A DNA stretch of 64,000 bases from Octopus vulgaris (GCA_951406725.2 OX597816.1:53196001-53260000); one strand, 5' to 3'; positions 1-12,476 are shown, counted from the first letter of the stretch. Numbers and translations: made by a program. Notes: generated by a model from the sequence alone, not told the origin.

Positions 1-692
1 CAAGATTTTTTGAGTTAAGAGATGTTTGTAAATATATGGGTGAGTTAGTGTGTTGCTTGAACTCTCAATACATACATCCTAGTGTATATCTATTTACATA
101 GGAATATCAGAAGGAGAATTTTTGGAATGTCTTACAGATCTTCATTGTGCTACTAATAGATCAGAGTTGGAGAATCCACGTCAGTTTTATTTTTTTTTTT
201 TGCTCCTTTTCCATGAAACCGAGTATTTCCAGGCTTTTGTACAACTTTGTTGGTACATAACCTAATGTAGCTTTGATGATAGATACAGATAAGAATTCAT
301 AGTTGCATGCTTGTATGTATGTGTTTGTGTGTTGTGAACATGATTGCAAGTATTGAAATAGGATAAACCAATCAATCACCAATAAAATCATATATTGCTA
401 TATCAATTTGTTCATCTTACAACTGTTGTTTTGATGCTAGCATGGATTGGAAGAATACATATAATTGACTTTTATTTTACAGCCGGATGCCTTTCCTGTC
501 AGTAACCCTTATCAGTTTTTCAAGCGAGGAATTTGTTGTTTCACTTTTTTTCAAAAGTGCAGGATGAGAACTTTTGACAGAGAAACTCAACAAACATCAC
601 CATTTTTAGTTCAACTTTTTCATGTGAATACACAGAATTCCATACACTTATATGACATACATCATACATGTATGACGAAAGATGTGCTTATA

Positions 693-1247
693 CAAGGTGG
701 GCCAAAATGATCTGACACATTTGGAGGCTTAATAAAATCACAAAATAAGAAATAATGAAAAGAAAAATTTCATTTTTTGAATGTACATATAATGCCATTT
801 TATTTCATTAAGTTTTAAAAATTAAATCAACTAAATGCTTCCCATCATTGTCAATACACTGTTGGAGACGTTCATGAAAGTTATCGATAACTCTATGGAT
901 TATTTCTTCTGGAATGGTTGCTATTTCTACAGAAATTGCACATTTTAATTCATCAATAGATCGAGGGTGATGACTGAATACTTTTGATTTTAAATATCCC
1001 CGCAAGAAGAAATCACATTTCACCATTCCAGAAGAAATGATCCATAGAGTTATCAATAACTTTCATGAACGTCTCCAACAGTGTGTTGACCATGATGGGA
1101 AACATTTAGCTGATTTAATTTTTAAAACTTAATGAAATAAAATGGCATTATATGTACATTCAGAAAATAAAATTTTTCTTTTCATTATTTCTTATTTTGT
1201 GATTTTATTAAGCCTCCAAATGTGTCAGATCATTTTGGCCCACCTTG
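693..1247. mobile_element. Palindromic non-autonomous Tc1/mariner element built from two inverted 3' ends
   Basis: CAAGGTGGGCCAAAATG...CATTTTGGCCCACCTTG termini flanked by TA; ~225-bp near-identical inverted arms (693-918 / 1022-1247); ORF 808-1056(-) is a transposase C-terminus (CDFFLRGYLKSKVF...ELKCAI...RLQQCIDNDGKHL). Confidence 0.9.
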
Positions 1248-1469
1248 TATGTTCATTTTTATGGTGTTGTTTTTTTATGATTCACTTGTGATTGATAATT
1301 TGGCCACTTATAAAATACACTAACAACAGTCCAACATTCAGCCTTGGTTTACTCCTGATAGCATTATTGTTCCTGTTTACCACAAACACTATTTAAATTT
1401 ATTGCACTTAGAATGGGTGTGACACAAATTTAACACCCATCTGCAATGCCCATAAACTAATACCAAAGG

Positions 1470-1766
1470 GTGTTAAGGAATTCCCAAACTGGCTATACTA
1501 AATCAATTGAAATGAGGATTAATCAAAAGAGGCAGATTTTATGTGGATTCTGGAAAATAACCAGGAGAATACTTAATCATGGCAAATCTCCTATTCCTAC
1601 AATCACCAGTGGACCTAACATAGCCAAATTATTTGCTACGAACTTCGCATCAAATACTATACTCAATGACTCTAACCATTATTTGCCTAGCTTTCTCATT
1701 TATACAAATTTATGCTTTCTTTCTCACTTTCAAGTATCAGTCAGAGAGGCTTCCATACTTATTTGA
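1470..1766 (+). mobile_element. Degraded CR1/Jockey-group LINE ORF2 fragment (tether region)
   Basis: FWKITRRILNHGKSPIPTI...AKLFATNFASNTILNDS resembles the EN-RT linker of CR1/Zenon-like LINEs. Confidence 0.5.
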
Positions 1767-2789
1767 AAGCAACTAGCCTAAATAGTCATAGTGTTGATAC
1801 ACCTCTCACCTTGAGATATCCCTAGTTTTAGGAATGTCTCAAGGAGAAATGGCTCCTGAACTGATGAAAGAAGTCTGAAGTTTTCCCAGTTTTCAAGAAT
1901 TTCAGTGAATATGCCTCCCTATTTCAATATAGTGAGAAGCAAAAGGAAGCCGTTAAAATGTATTATTTATAAGCACATTCTTAGCCACTTGAATAAAATC
2001 TGTCTTCTTGGACAAAGCCTGTCTCTTTACTGACATGCAATATGGCTTAGGGTTTTCCTCTGCTCATGTTTGCCCAACTAAACTGAAGGTAACTACTTTA
2101 AAATAACAAATTATGACATTATTTAAGACTTTAATAATAAATTCAAATATTTCCCCAAATGAAAGTGGAGTTAATGAGATAAAGCCTTAATATCACAGGT
2201 TTTTATTACAAAAAAATTCCAAGAAAAATATCTGGGTGCTAGACACTGGACTGGTAATATCAACTACATGAAGCAATCAAATCTTCCTGAGTTCACAATC
2301 TTTCATTATTTTTGAAAGAGAAGGAAGGACATATTAATATATGTAGTCCTAGAAACACTGTGTTTGAAAATAAAAGTGGAGATTGCCAGTCTTTTTGTGT
2401 TTTAACCTTTTATTCAAGTGAACAGGCAGTACCCATGATCCTTTACAAGACCACCAAGACAAGAAGAAGAGAGAGAGGAAAGATTTCTTCAAACTAGGGA
2501 TCAAGCCTGAATACTTACAATACTGTGGATGCTGCCAAAGACAGCCAAGAACCAAGTGGGGGTGTTAAATAGGTCTGATTAAATAGGACTAATCTGGGGT
2601 CAAACAGAACCAAGAATTATAACAACTAATACTATGCTGTCTTTATATTTTCCTATAATGATGCTGCAATTTTTCATGCAAGTAAGTTACACAAAATGCA
2701 CAGAAAACTGCATCTTATAACAGATGCTACTATTAAAAAATGCAAATTAGTTTTATGAGTATATAGTTGTAAGAGTAACTGTATGGTAA

Positions 2790-2940
2790 GCAGTGGTAAG
2801 TAGCTTGCTTACAAACCACATGGTTCTGGGTTCAACCCTACTGCATAACACCTTGGGCAAGCATCTTCCACTATAACCTCAGGCCAGCCAAAGCCTTGTG
2901 AGTGGATTTGTTAGACAGAAACTGAAAGAAGCCTGTTGTA
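2790..2940 (+). mobile_element. SINE family A, head-only copy
   Basis: Matches the tRNA-like head of full copies (GGTAAGTAGCTTGCTT...GGTTC...CCTTGGGCAAG...GAAAGAAGCC). Confidence 0.8.
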
Positions 2941-3316
2941 TATATATATATATATACACACACTGGCCCAAAAGTATGTTTACAGTTATTCAGCTATATC
3001 TTTCGCATTCATATATTAGCAGTTTAGATCTTAATTATAAAACGATGAGACCATTATTCTATGCTAATATAGCTAATTTTGTCAAGCTCTCTTTTCAATC
3101 TATCTGTCCATCTGTCTTTCTCTCCCTTTCTCTCTCTATGTCTATCTGTCTGTATGTTTTCGACTATAATTATTTCTAGTTAGCTTTCTATAATTTATGC
3201 ATTTAATACACTAACACTAACTTAATTATTGGTGTATCTATTTATCCATGTCTCACTTCATAATTATTTCTCATTAGTCTTATGATGTTGCTTGCATTAA
3301 TCCTACCATAGATATA

Positions 3317-3862
3317 CAAGGTGGCCCAAAAGTAGGTTTACAGTTATTCAACTTTCTCTTTCACATTCATATATTAACAGTTTAGATCTTAACTATAAAA
3401 AATATGAAACTATTATTCTATGCTAATTTGTGGAGGTACATGGCCTAGTGTTTAGAGCAGCGGACTCGTGGTCGAGGGATCGTGGGTTTGAATCTCAGAC
3501 CAGGCAATGTGTGTGTTTATGAGCGAAACACCTAAGCTCCATATGGCTCCGGCAGAAGGTAATGGCGAATTTCTGCTGACTCTTTCGCCAAAACTTTTTC
3601 TCACTCTTTCCTCCTGCATCTTGCAGCTCACCTGCGATGGACTGGCATCCTGTCCAGGTGGGGAACTTATATGCCAAGGAAACCGGGAAACTGGCCCTTA
3701 TGAGCCAGGCATGGCTTGAGAAGGACCAAACAATTCTATGCTAGTTTAGTTAATTTTGTCAAGCTTCCTTTTCAGTTTGTAAGATAGAAATTTAGATGTA
3801 ATATAAAGTTTGAAAAGAAATTTAAAGTGCCTACATGATAACCGTACACCTACTTTTGGGCC

Positions 3863-3868
<6 letters not shown>
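3317..3868. mobile_element. Tc1/mariner MITE interrupted by a SINE; a partial second copy lies at ~2960-3090
   Basis: TA|CAAGGTGGCCCAAAAGTAGG ... CCTACTTTTGGGCCACCCTA|TA terminal inverted repeats. Confidence 0.8.
3426..3732 (+). mobile_element. tRNA-derived SINE with 11-bp target-site duplication
   Basis: A box TGGCCTAGTGT, B box GGTTTGAATC; ATTCTATGCTA repeated at 3415-3425 and 3733-3743. Confidence 0.85.
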
Positions 3869-3934
<66 letters not shown>

Positions 3935-3935
<1 letters not shown>

Positions 3936-4146
3936 ATATTTGTGTTTCTGTATTTGTCCCCCCATGATTACTTCACAACAGATGTTGGTGTGTTTACATC
4001 ACCACAACTTAGCGGTTCTGCAAAAGAGAATGATAGAATAAGTACTAGGCTTACAAAAAATAAGTTCTAGGATCGATTTGTTCGACAAAAGGTGGTGCTC
4101 CAGCATGGCCACATTTAAGACTGAAACAAATAAAAGAATAAAAGAA
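3935..4146 (+). mobile_element. SINE family A, 3' half
   Basis: ...GATAGAATAAGTACTAGGCTTACA...GGTGGTGCTCCAGCATGGCC...CTGAAAC tail. Confidence 0.8.
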
Positions 4147-4230
4147 TATCAATAGGCATTTTTTTATTCTTTTACTGATTTTGTCCGTTTCCCTGCAGCC
4201 ATACAAGAGTATCACTGTCAGAGATTTTTG

Positions 4231-4440
4231 ATACTCTTTTACTTCTTTCAGTCATTTAACTGCGGCCATGCTGGAGCACCGCCTTTAGTTGAGCAAATCA
4301 ACCCCAGGATTTATTCTTTGTAAGCCTAGTACTTATTCTGTCAGCCTCTTTTGCTGAACCGCTAAGTTATGGGGAAGTAAATACACCAGCATCAGTTGTC
4401 AAGCAATGTTGGGGGGACAAATACAGACACACAAACACAT

Positions 4441-4472
<32 letters not shown>

Positions 4473-4642
4473 ATAGATATATACAACGGGCTTCTTTTCA
4501 GTTTCCATCTTCCAAATTAATTCACAAGGCTTTGGTCAGCCCGAGGCTATAGTAGAAGACACCTGCCCAAGGTGCCACACAGTGGGACTGAACCCAGAAC
4601 CATGTGGTTCGTAAGCAAGCTACTTACCACACAGCTACTCCT
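4231..4642 (-). mobile_element. SINE family A (tRNA head, internal CA/TA microsatellite, LINE-like tail), full length
   Basis: Near-identical to more than 15 other copies in the window; A/B boxes on the minus strand. Confidence 0.9.
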
Positions 4643-4825
4643 TGAGCTATTTCTTTCAGTCTGGTACTTATTTCATCGATCTCTTTGTATTGGAAGGCTA
4701 GGATGCCATTTTTTAGATAAAGGCATAGGACATCATCTTATATTGATAAGCATTAAAACACACACGCACATACACATACATGTGTATGTATATATGCGTG
4801 TGTGGGTGTGTATAAATATATGTAT

Positions 4826-5022
4826 ATCATCATCACCATCATTATCATCGTTTAACGTCCATTTTCCATGCTAGCATGGGTTGGACGGTTCAACTGGGGT
4901 CAGGGAAGCCAGAAGGCTGCTCCAGGCCCAGTCTGATCTGGCAGTGTTTCTACAGCTGGATGCCCTTCCTAATGCCAACCACTCTGTGAGTGTAGTGGGT
5001 GCTTTTTACGTGCCACCTGCAC
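4826..5022 (-). mobile_element. Short retroposon family C with (GAT)n tail
   Basis: CATGCTAGCATGGGTTGGACGG...GGATGCCCTTCCTAA; same family at 23070-23666, ~37830-38050, 43552-43760, 50985-51142. Confidence 0.75.
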
Positions 5023-5088
5023 AGCATATATATTCATATATATACACACACATACACACACACACTCACACATAAACACTTATATATA

Positions 5089-6088
5089 TTTGCCTGTCTT
5101 GTTCCTTGGTTTGTGTCTATGTTTTTCGTCTCTCTATGTGTTCGACGTCTTTTTGGTGTCCTGTACACATATATGCGTGTATATGTACATGTAGAGGTAG
5201 GTACGTACATATATGTTTATATATATGCATATATTTTATTAACATATTATACGACTAAACGCACGCACCCTATTAAGTAAGATTGTTCTGTTTATCAAGT
5301 TCGCCTTGATATTAACTCTCACGCGACTCTGCATCTTTCTTTCTTTCTCTCCCATTCCCTTTTTCGTCTTTTTTTCCCTCACTTAACTTGTCTCTCCCTC
5401 TCTCTCTCCCCCTCACTGTTCTTCATGGTCTCCTCGCACCATTCCCCTTCTTCTCTCTCTTCCTCTTGCTCCTCCTCCCCCATTCCCGTCGTCCATCTGC
5501 GACGATACTTCTGTCGTAACTGCTATCCTGTCCTTTCTCGCCCGCCTTCTAAGGCCACTGGTCGACATCTTCCTCTCTCGTCGTCCACTATAATCCAGCG
5601 TTTGCAATACTTTTTTCGTCTGGCGTTAACAGCCCTTCTTATTTTGTTCTCCTTGTCCTGTCTCTCACTGTTATATATTTATTTTTCCACTGTTTATATA
5701 TATATTTTTTACTGTTTATATGTTTGTACTGTCGTTACCGTCTTGCTTTTTTTACCCCTCTGCGAAAAGATCTCAGAATTTTAATTGATTTGCTTTTCGC
5801 AGGAAGGAATTTTTCATTCGAAGTATACGTCTCGCTTTTATCCTTCGAAACGTTTAGTAGATGAAACTTTAGCGACTGAAGAAGGGGATTTTTCGTTGTG
5901 CTTATTGTCCTGTATCTCTCTCCTTTTTTTTTGCCTGTCTTGTTCCTTGGTTTGTGTCTATGTTTTTCGTCTCTCTATGTGTTCGACGTCTTTTTGGTGT
6001 CCTGTACACATATATGCGTGTATATGTACATGTAGAGGTAGGTACGTACATATATGTTTATATATATGCATATATTTTATTAACATAT
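5089..6088 (+). mobile_element. Non-coding element with 159-bp direct terminal repeats (retrozyme-like or Penelope pseudo-LTR-like)
   Basis: 5089-5247 and 5930-6088 appear identical (period 841); CpG-rich relative to flanks; contains a hammerhead core. Confidence 0.65.
5840..5889 (+). ncRNA. Candidate hammerhead ribozyme, type II topology
   Basis: ATCCTTC-GAAA-CG-TT-[imperfect stem-loop I]-CTGAAGA-AGGGGAT; core intact, stem II ATCCTT/GGGGAT with two G-U pairs, palindromic minimal stem III. Confidence 0.5.
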
Positions 6089-6789
6089 ATATATATATAT
6101 ATATATATACAAATTGAGATAGGGGTTGTAAATGCAACCCTCTAAAGGGCTAATATTGGTAAAATGAGACATAATTATCGACATGGCCGAAACAGCTGTA
6201 AGATCTAATGTATGCTTATATTTATATTTACTTGTATTTATATTCTTTTTTATATATATTCTAATTATTATACAACATTACTCTTTTATGTACACTTTTT
6301 TATGTACATTCCTTTATGTACACTGATTTGTTCTGCTTTTTATATTTAACCCTACAGTCTCTTATGTGGTGGTTTAATAAAGTATGTGATTGAGTATTAT
6401 CTGGTAATTGATATTTGATTTAGATGTATTTCTCCATTTTCTTATCTTGTATATATATATATATATATACATATACATATTCATATATATATATATATAC
6501 ATATTCATATATATATATATAAAAGTAAAAATAGACTTATGAAAAACTTTTGAATGGTCCTTCCTAAGCAATACAATCATTTCCCAGCTGGACAAGATGC
6601 CAGTTCGTTGCAGGATTACTCCTTTCTGATCAAATGAGTGAACTGGAGCAATGTGAAATAAGGTGTCCTTCTCAACAAAACAATATATTACCTGGTCCAG
6701 GAATCGAAACCACATTCTTATGATCATGAGTGCAACATCCTAACCACTAAACTACACATTTCTTTAGAACAATGAAATAATTCTCTTTC

Positions 6790-7192
6790 TCTTTTTCTCT
6801 TTTTACTTGTTTCAGTCATTTTGACTGCGGCCATGCTGGAGCACCGCCTTTGATCGAGCAACTCGATTCCGGGACTTATTCTTTGGAAGCCCAGTACTTA
6901 TTCTATCGGTCACTTTTGCCGAACAGCTAAGTGACAGGGACATAAACACACCAGCATTGGTTGTCAAGCAATGCTAGGGAGACAAACACAGACACACAAA
7001 CATACACGCACATACATATATATACATATATACGACGGGCTTCTTTCAGTTTCCGTCTACCAAATCCACTCAGAAGGCTTTGGCTGGCCCGAGGCTAAAG
7101 TAGAAGACACTTGCCCAAGGTGCCACACGGTGGGACTGAACCCGGAACCATGTGGTTGGTAACAAGCTACTTACCACACAGCTACTCCTGCA
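6790..7192 (-). mobile_element. SINE family A, full length
   Basis: High identity to other copies. Confidence 0.9.
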
Positions 7193-7784
7193 CAATTATG
7201 CACAAAACCAGCACTTTTGAGAAAAGGGAGTAAATCATTTACTGGTACTCTATTTGATTGACCCCAGAAGTGTGAAAAGTAAAGTTGATTTGGTGGAATT
7301 TGAACTCAGAATGTAAAGTGCTGGACACTACTCTAAACTATTGAAATGATACCAAGAGAAATTTAGTTTTGAATTTACTATTCAATATAACAAGTTAAAT
7401 AAACTGTAATGAATAGAAAGCAAGTGTTAAAGACCACAGCATTAAATACTGTTGCAAGTATTGTAGTTTAGCCCCAGGTCAGCACTGACTGAACAAACTT
7501 GTGATCAAAGACATTTCACCCACGACCATCCTGCATATTTTTTTCATCAGGGATGACTCAATATGATCTTCATTTTCATGATGGGTGTAGCTATAGCTTA
7601 ATGGTTAAGCTGTTTGTTTTACAGCTACATTGTTTGGGTTCAATCCTACTGAATGGCAGGCATGGGACCAACAGCAACAGAGAGCACAGGTGGACCTGGT
7701 TGGCTCTTTGCATGATGATGTCTCTGGGGCTACTAACCGAGTCAAAGTAAAGTTAGTTACATTCTCAAGTCATGCCAACTCATA

Positions 7785-7985
7785 GGGGCTGGTTCCCCAT
7801 TTCCATGGCATATAAATTCCTCACCAGGATGAAACACCCGCCCCACCACAGGATTACTCATTTTTGCCAGCTGAGTGGACTGGAGCAATGTGAAATGAAG
7901 TGTTTTGCTCAAGAACACCCAAGAATCGAAACCACGATCTTACAATCATGAGTCCAACACCTTAACCACTAAGCCACATGACTCC
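7785..7985 (-). mobile_element. tRNA-headed SINE (family D); related copy at ~6575-6760
   Basis: Minus-strand TGGCTTAGTGGTTAAG...GGTTTCGATTC head and CTTGAGCAAAACACTTCATTTCACATTGCTCCAGT core. Confidence 0.7.
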
Positions 7986-8539
7986 ACCAAGGACCACTAA
8001 CCTGTGATAACCCTCAGCCTCATCAAACAAGCACACGAAGTGAGTGAAGTAAAGCTTACCATGCACAATGATAAATAAGTGATTTTTGTTTTTGTTTTTT
8101 AATTTTCACCCTAGCTTCTAGTTGACCAAAGCCTTGCTAGTAAAATTAAGGGAACTGCAAGAATCCATCAGATGGGTCATTTCTGTTCTTATGTGGTAGA
8201 ATTGCACAGATTAAAACTACTATTTAGCTTCAGTGGAGTCTGTTTTATTATGAGTATTTGAACCAGGCCTCCTGTCTGCATATTACTTCCTCGGTCTCAG
8301 TAATGCCTGATAAGAGTCACCAGAGCAGTCTTTATCTTCTAAGACATTAAATCAACAATAAGGAAAAAAAATTGAACAAATAAGACAATGGAGTATGATT
8401 TGAGGAAGATTTGGTTGCTATTTCTAACAGATTGGGTTTCTAGCTACAGGCTTCCTCATTAGTTTTGATGATATTAAGAATAGAAAAGTGAAATTACATG
8501 CATGCACATGCACGCACACACAAACACACACATGCTGAT

Positions 8540-8821
8540 AGTCGTTTAGAATTATCATTACAGCTAACTTAACAATTAAGTTGTTAACGAGCCAGCAAGG
8601 GACCAACTACATAGTTACATAGAAAATCGACATGCTAGAAATAACAGCCAAATCTTTAACAACATCACATCCAAGCAGTCAGTCGTTTAGAATTATCATA
8701 ACAGCTAACTTAACAATTAAGTTGTTAACGAGCCAGCAAGGGACCAACTACATAGTTACATAGAAAATCGACATGCTAGAAATAACAGCCAAATCTTTAA
8801 CAACATCACATCCAAGCAGTC
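8540..8821. repeat. Tandem duplication, 2 x 141 bp
   Basis: 8540-8680 matches 8681-8821 with one mismatch seen; AGTC microhomology at the junction. Confidence 0.9.
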
Positions 8822-9601
8822 ATCTTAAATGACACTATCCATGGAACCCTTTACATTGTCACTCAACAGGCTAGAAAGAGCAACCAAATTTTGCATGGAT
8901 CATATGCTACCATGTTGAGAAAAGGAAGGACACTTTGGACAATATAGTCATGACTGGAAAGCCTCTCCTCATCGGACTACAGCAGAAACATTGAGTAAGC
9001 TATCTACTTTCACTTTTAAATTATCTTTCATAACTTTTTCTTTTTTCTCTAACAAAGTGTCTTCATGAGTTGCTACGGTAATTAAAAAATGAAAAAAAAT
9101 AGAGCAAACAACATTCAGCATAATCACTCTGTTAACTAGAAATGGCAGCCACATCATCCTAAACTTATTCTTTAGTGTCACAACAAAAAATGATGCAGAA
9201 AGAATCTGGAGTGTCATGGCTGGAATGTCTCTGGTCATATCGCTGTTTAGTTGGGGATACCTGGGAAACTGATATTGGGTACAAATAATATTGGGTACAA
9301 AAAATAAATAAAAGTACATAGTATCAATTAATTTAATCTATTAAATAATTTAATACATGTTGAAAGGAAGTTATCTAAAACAATATGTATTTCTCTGTGT
9401 ATATGGTGTGTATGTATATGAGAGAGGGAGAGGAGGAGATGTGTGTATGTATGTGTATGTGGGTGTGAGCAAGTGAACGCATCATGAAAATGGGAGCACA
9501 TTCGTGAATGATAGATTAGTTAGACTGTATGTGTATATTTGTGTCAGTATGTGTTGCATGATATATCGCAATATATGTGTATATATATATATATATGTAT
9601 A

Positions 9602-9799
9602 ATGCAAAAATGCATGACTCCATAACCATACACACACACACACACACATGCACACACAGTCACATCATTCTGTGTGTGTGTGTGTGTGTGTGCATGTTCG
9701 TGTATGTGTGTGTACAATTTGCATGCATGATCTCACCAAAACATTTGCTTTCTTTATTATATATATGTGTGTGTGTGTGCATATATGTATGTGTGTATT

Positions 9800-9844
<45 letters not shown>

Positions 9845-10180
9845 CTCACACATATACACACATAATACTCATACATATGTATATATATATATATATATAT
9901 ATATCACATATACACATTATATGTATATATATATATATGTGTGTGTATGTGTGTGTGTGTGAGATATATATATATATACACACACACAAATACACACATA
10001 CATATATGCACACACACAAATATATAATAAAGAATGCAACTGTTTTGGTGAGATCATGCATGCAAATTGTACACACACATACACGAACACGCACACAGAC
10101 ACATACACATACACACACAGAATGATGTGACTGTGTGTGCATGTGTGTGTGTATGGTTATGGTGTCATGCATTTTTGCAT
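9602..10180. repeat. Long inverted duplication (~260-bp arms) of microsatellite-rich sequence
   Basis: ATGCAAAAATGCATGAC...GTACAATTTGCATGCATGATCTCACCAAAAC... mirrored as GTTTTGGTGAGATCATGCATGCAAATTGTAC...GTCATGCATTTTTGCAT. Confidence 0.9.
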
Positions 10181-11093
10181 AAAAGGTTGTGTGCACACAC
10201 ATATGTGTGTCTTCATGCGTAATATGTCTGCATTTGTATGTATTTACATGTTTATGTTTCCATATATATATGTATGCACGCTAGCTCGTTTGTGTATGTA
10301 GGCAGGTCTGAGCGTATGTAAATGTATATTTATATACGTTTGAGTTTATGTGGATGTGTGTGTGTGTATGAGTGTGCATATGTGCACGTGGATATGTGTT
10401 TTCATGTTTTCATAGACAAACATGACTGTTACTGTGAATATGGGCCTGATCGTATAACTGAAAGGGGGTGTGTCAGTGTATTTCATGTGTCAGTATTTGT
10501 GTATGTGTATGTGTGACAGTATGTATCCATGTGTTTGTGTATGTGTCAGTAAACTGGTCTTCAAATGACGAGAAAGAAATGAAGGCAGTGGACATAGTTA
10601 AATCTTTATATCCATAAGCTGGATGAAATACGGAGGATACAAAATGTTTTCAAGCATTACAAAGCCACTATAAATGTTATCAGGTGTCCTTTAATGCTCC
10701 TGAGAAAGGAAACTAAAAATTGGATTTGTCTACAGGTAAGTGTTCATACTCTTGTAATTTTTCCCTTTTTCATATTGGGTGGGGAAGCTTCTCAAGAAAA
10801 AAAGGAGAAAAAATTGAATAGAGAAAGCATATCAGGAACTCGTTATAAAAAAAACTTAGAACTTCAATTTTGTATTTCTTTTACTGGAACAAAAAATAAT
10901 GATGAAAATAATCAGGATTATACTTTCTTTATTTTTTTTCTCTTTTTCCAATTATTGGAAGAGTGATTAATATTTCTTTGGAAAAACCATCAGAATCACA
11001 TAAAGAAAGAAAAATAAAAACTGTTCTGTTATGTATTACATCCATTGAGAATGAAACTCTAACAATTATGAAAAAAATACTAATTGGATGTGC

Positions 11094-11144
<51 letters not shown>

Positions 11145-11323
11145 TACACACATATAAACACACACATACACATATACAGATGTAAATATAAATGAAAAAT
11201 TATATAGGAATTATATGTGCATTTACGTATATGTATGCATTTATGTATGTATACAATTTTATATGCATCTCTGCATGTATATGCAATGTATGTGTAAACA
11301 TGAAATATATACACAAGCTTTAG

Positions 11324-11354
<31 letters not shown>

Positions 11355-11622
11355 CATTTATGAGTATATACACATATATATATTTAAATATATACATATA
11401 TGTACACATATAAATCTATGTAAGTACATAGATATGTAAATATATACATACATATATATATATATATATATATTAATATTTGCACATATTTATATATATA
11501 TACATACACACATAAACATGTATACATACAGATAACATACGTATGTATATATAGATAGAGAGACAGTTGACAACATCAATTTCTGGATCAAACAGCTGAC
11601 ACCTAAGATACAAAACTCCTAC

Positions 11623-11708
11623 CTGTGGTTCTGTAACTCCTGTGGGTGTGAACGATGTCGATTCGGAGACAAACATTGACACCTTTTACTAGAATGTTGG
11701 TTTCCCAT
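11623..11708 (-). CDS. Putative first coding exon segment MGNQHSSKRCQCLSPNRHRSHPQELQNH; predicted N-myristoylated protein of unknown identity
   Basis: Good Kozak context AATCATGG, MGxxxS motif followed by K/R and Cys, strong donor CAG|GTAGGA after 11623 (phase 2); upstream long polypyrimidine tract and CATCAG acceptor would define exon 12003-11623. Confidence 0.6.
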
Positions 11709-12476
11709 GATTTCTCAGCATTTATAGATCCAGAAACAGATTCGATTCAGTGGATTGAACATAGACAGCGGAACATATTCAACATTTATCCATAAAGCTT
11801 GCCTTTTTCATTTATGTATCTAAACCAGTTACTATAATAAAACTGGTGTTTATTCTTAGGGATGTGTGGTGTGTCTGCATACGCACACCAGAGCACATGT
11901 ACTGCGAACACATGGGCATGTGAGTGCAAACATGCATGTGATATCATTTGGAATGAACACGCACAAGAGATAGGGTGGGAGGAGATGGTAAAATAAATGA
12001 ACACTGATGTTTAAAGAAAGAAGGAAAGGAAAAAGAAAAAGAAAGGAAAAAAAGAACAAGAAAGAATAAAAATATATATTGGATGATAGAAGTAGATAAC
12101 AAAAAAATAAAGCAAATTGGGGGAAAAAAAAAAAGAAGGAATCTAAATAATAATTAAAAAAATTAAATAAACAGAAGCTAATTATGTATTTTGATTTAAA
12201 AGTAAGAAAATGCAAGAGAAGAGACACAAAAAAATATGAATATAAAAAATTTGGGAATATGGAGAATTGTTTCTATTTTGTCATAAAAACTTCCGAAAGA
12301 GTAATTTTGTTTTTTAAAGGAACTTGTGCGATGGAGAACCGAATTATTTAAGTGATAAAAACTCATAAGATGTCTAGCAATGAAGCTGTTGCTATTCTAG
12401 TTGCTTTAAACTGTGTATGTGTGTGTGTGTGTGTGCATATGTGTGTGTGCATGTGTGTGTGTGTGTGTGTATATAT

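Noticed and set aside
7505-7555. Minus-strand CTGATGA...GAAATGTC hammerhead-like match
   Set aside because: No stem II or stem I pairing; part of an unrelated repeat
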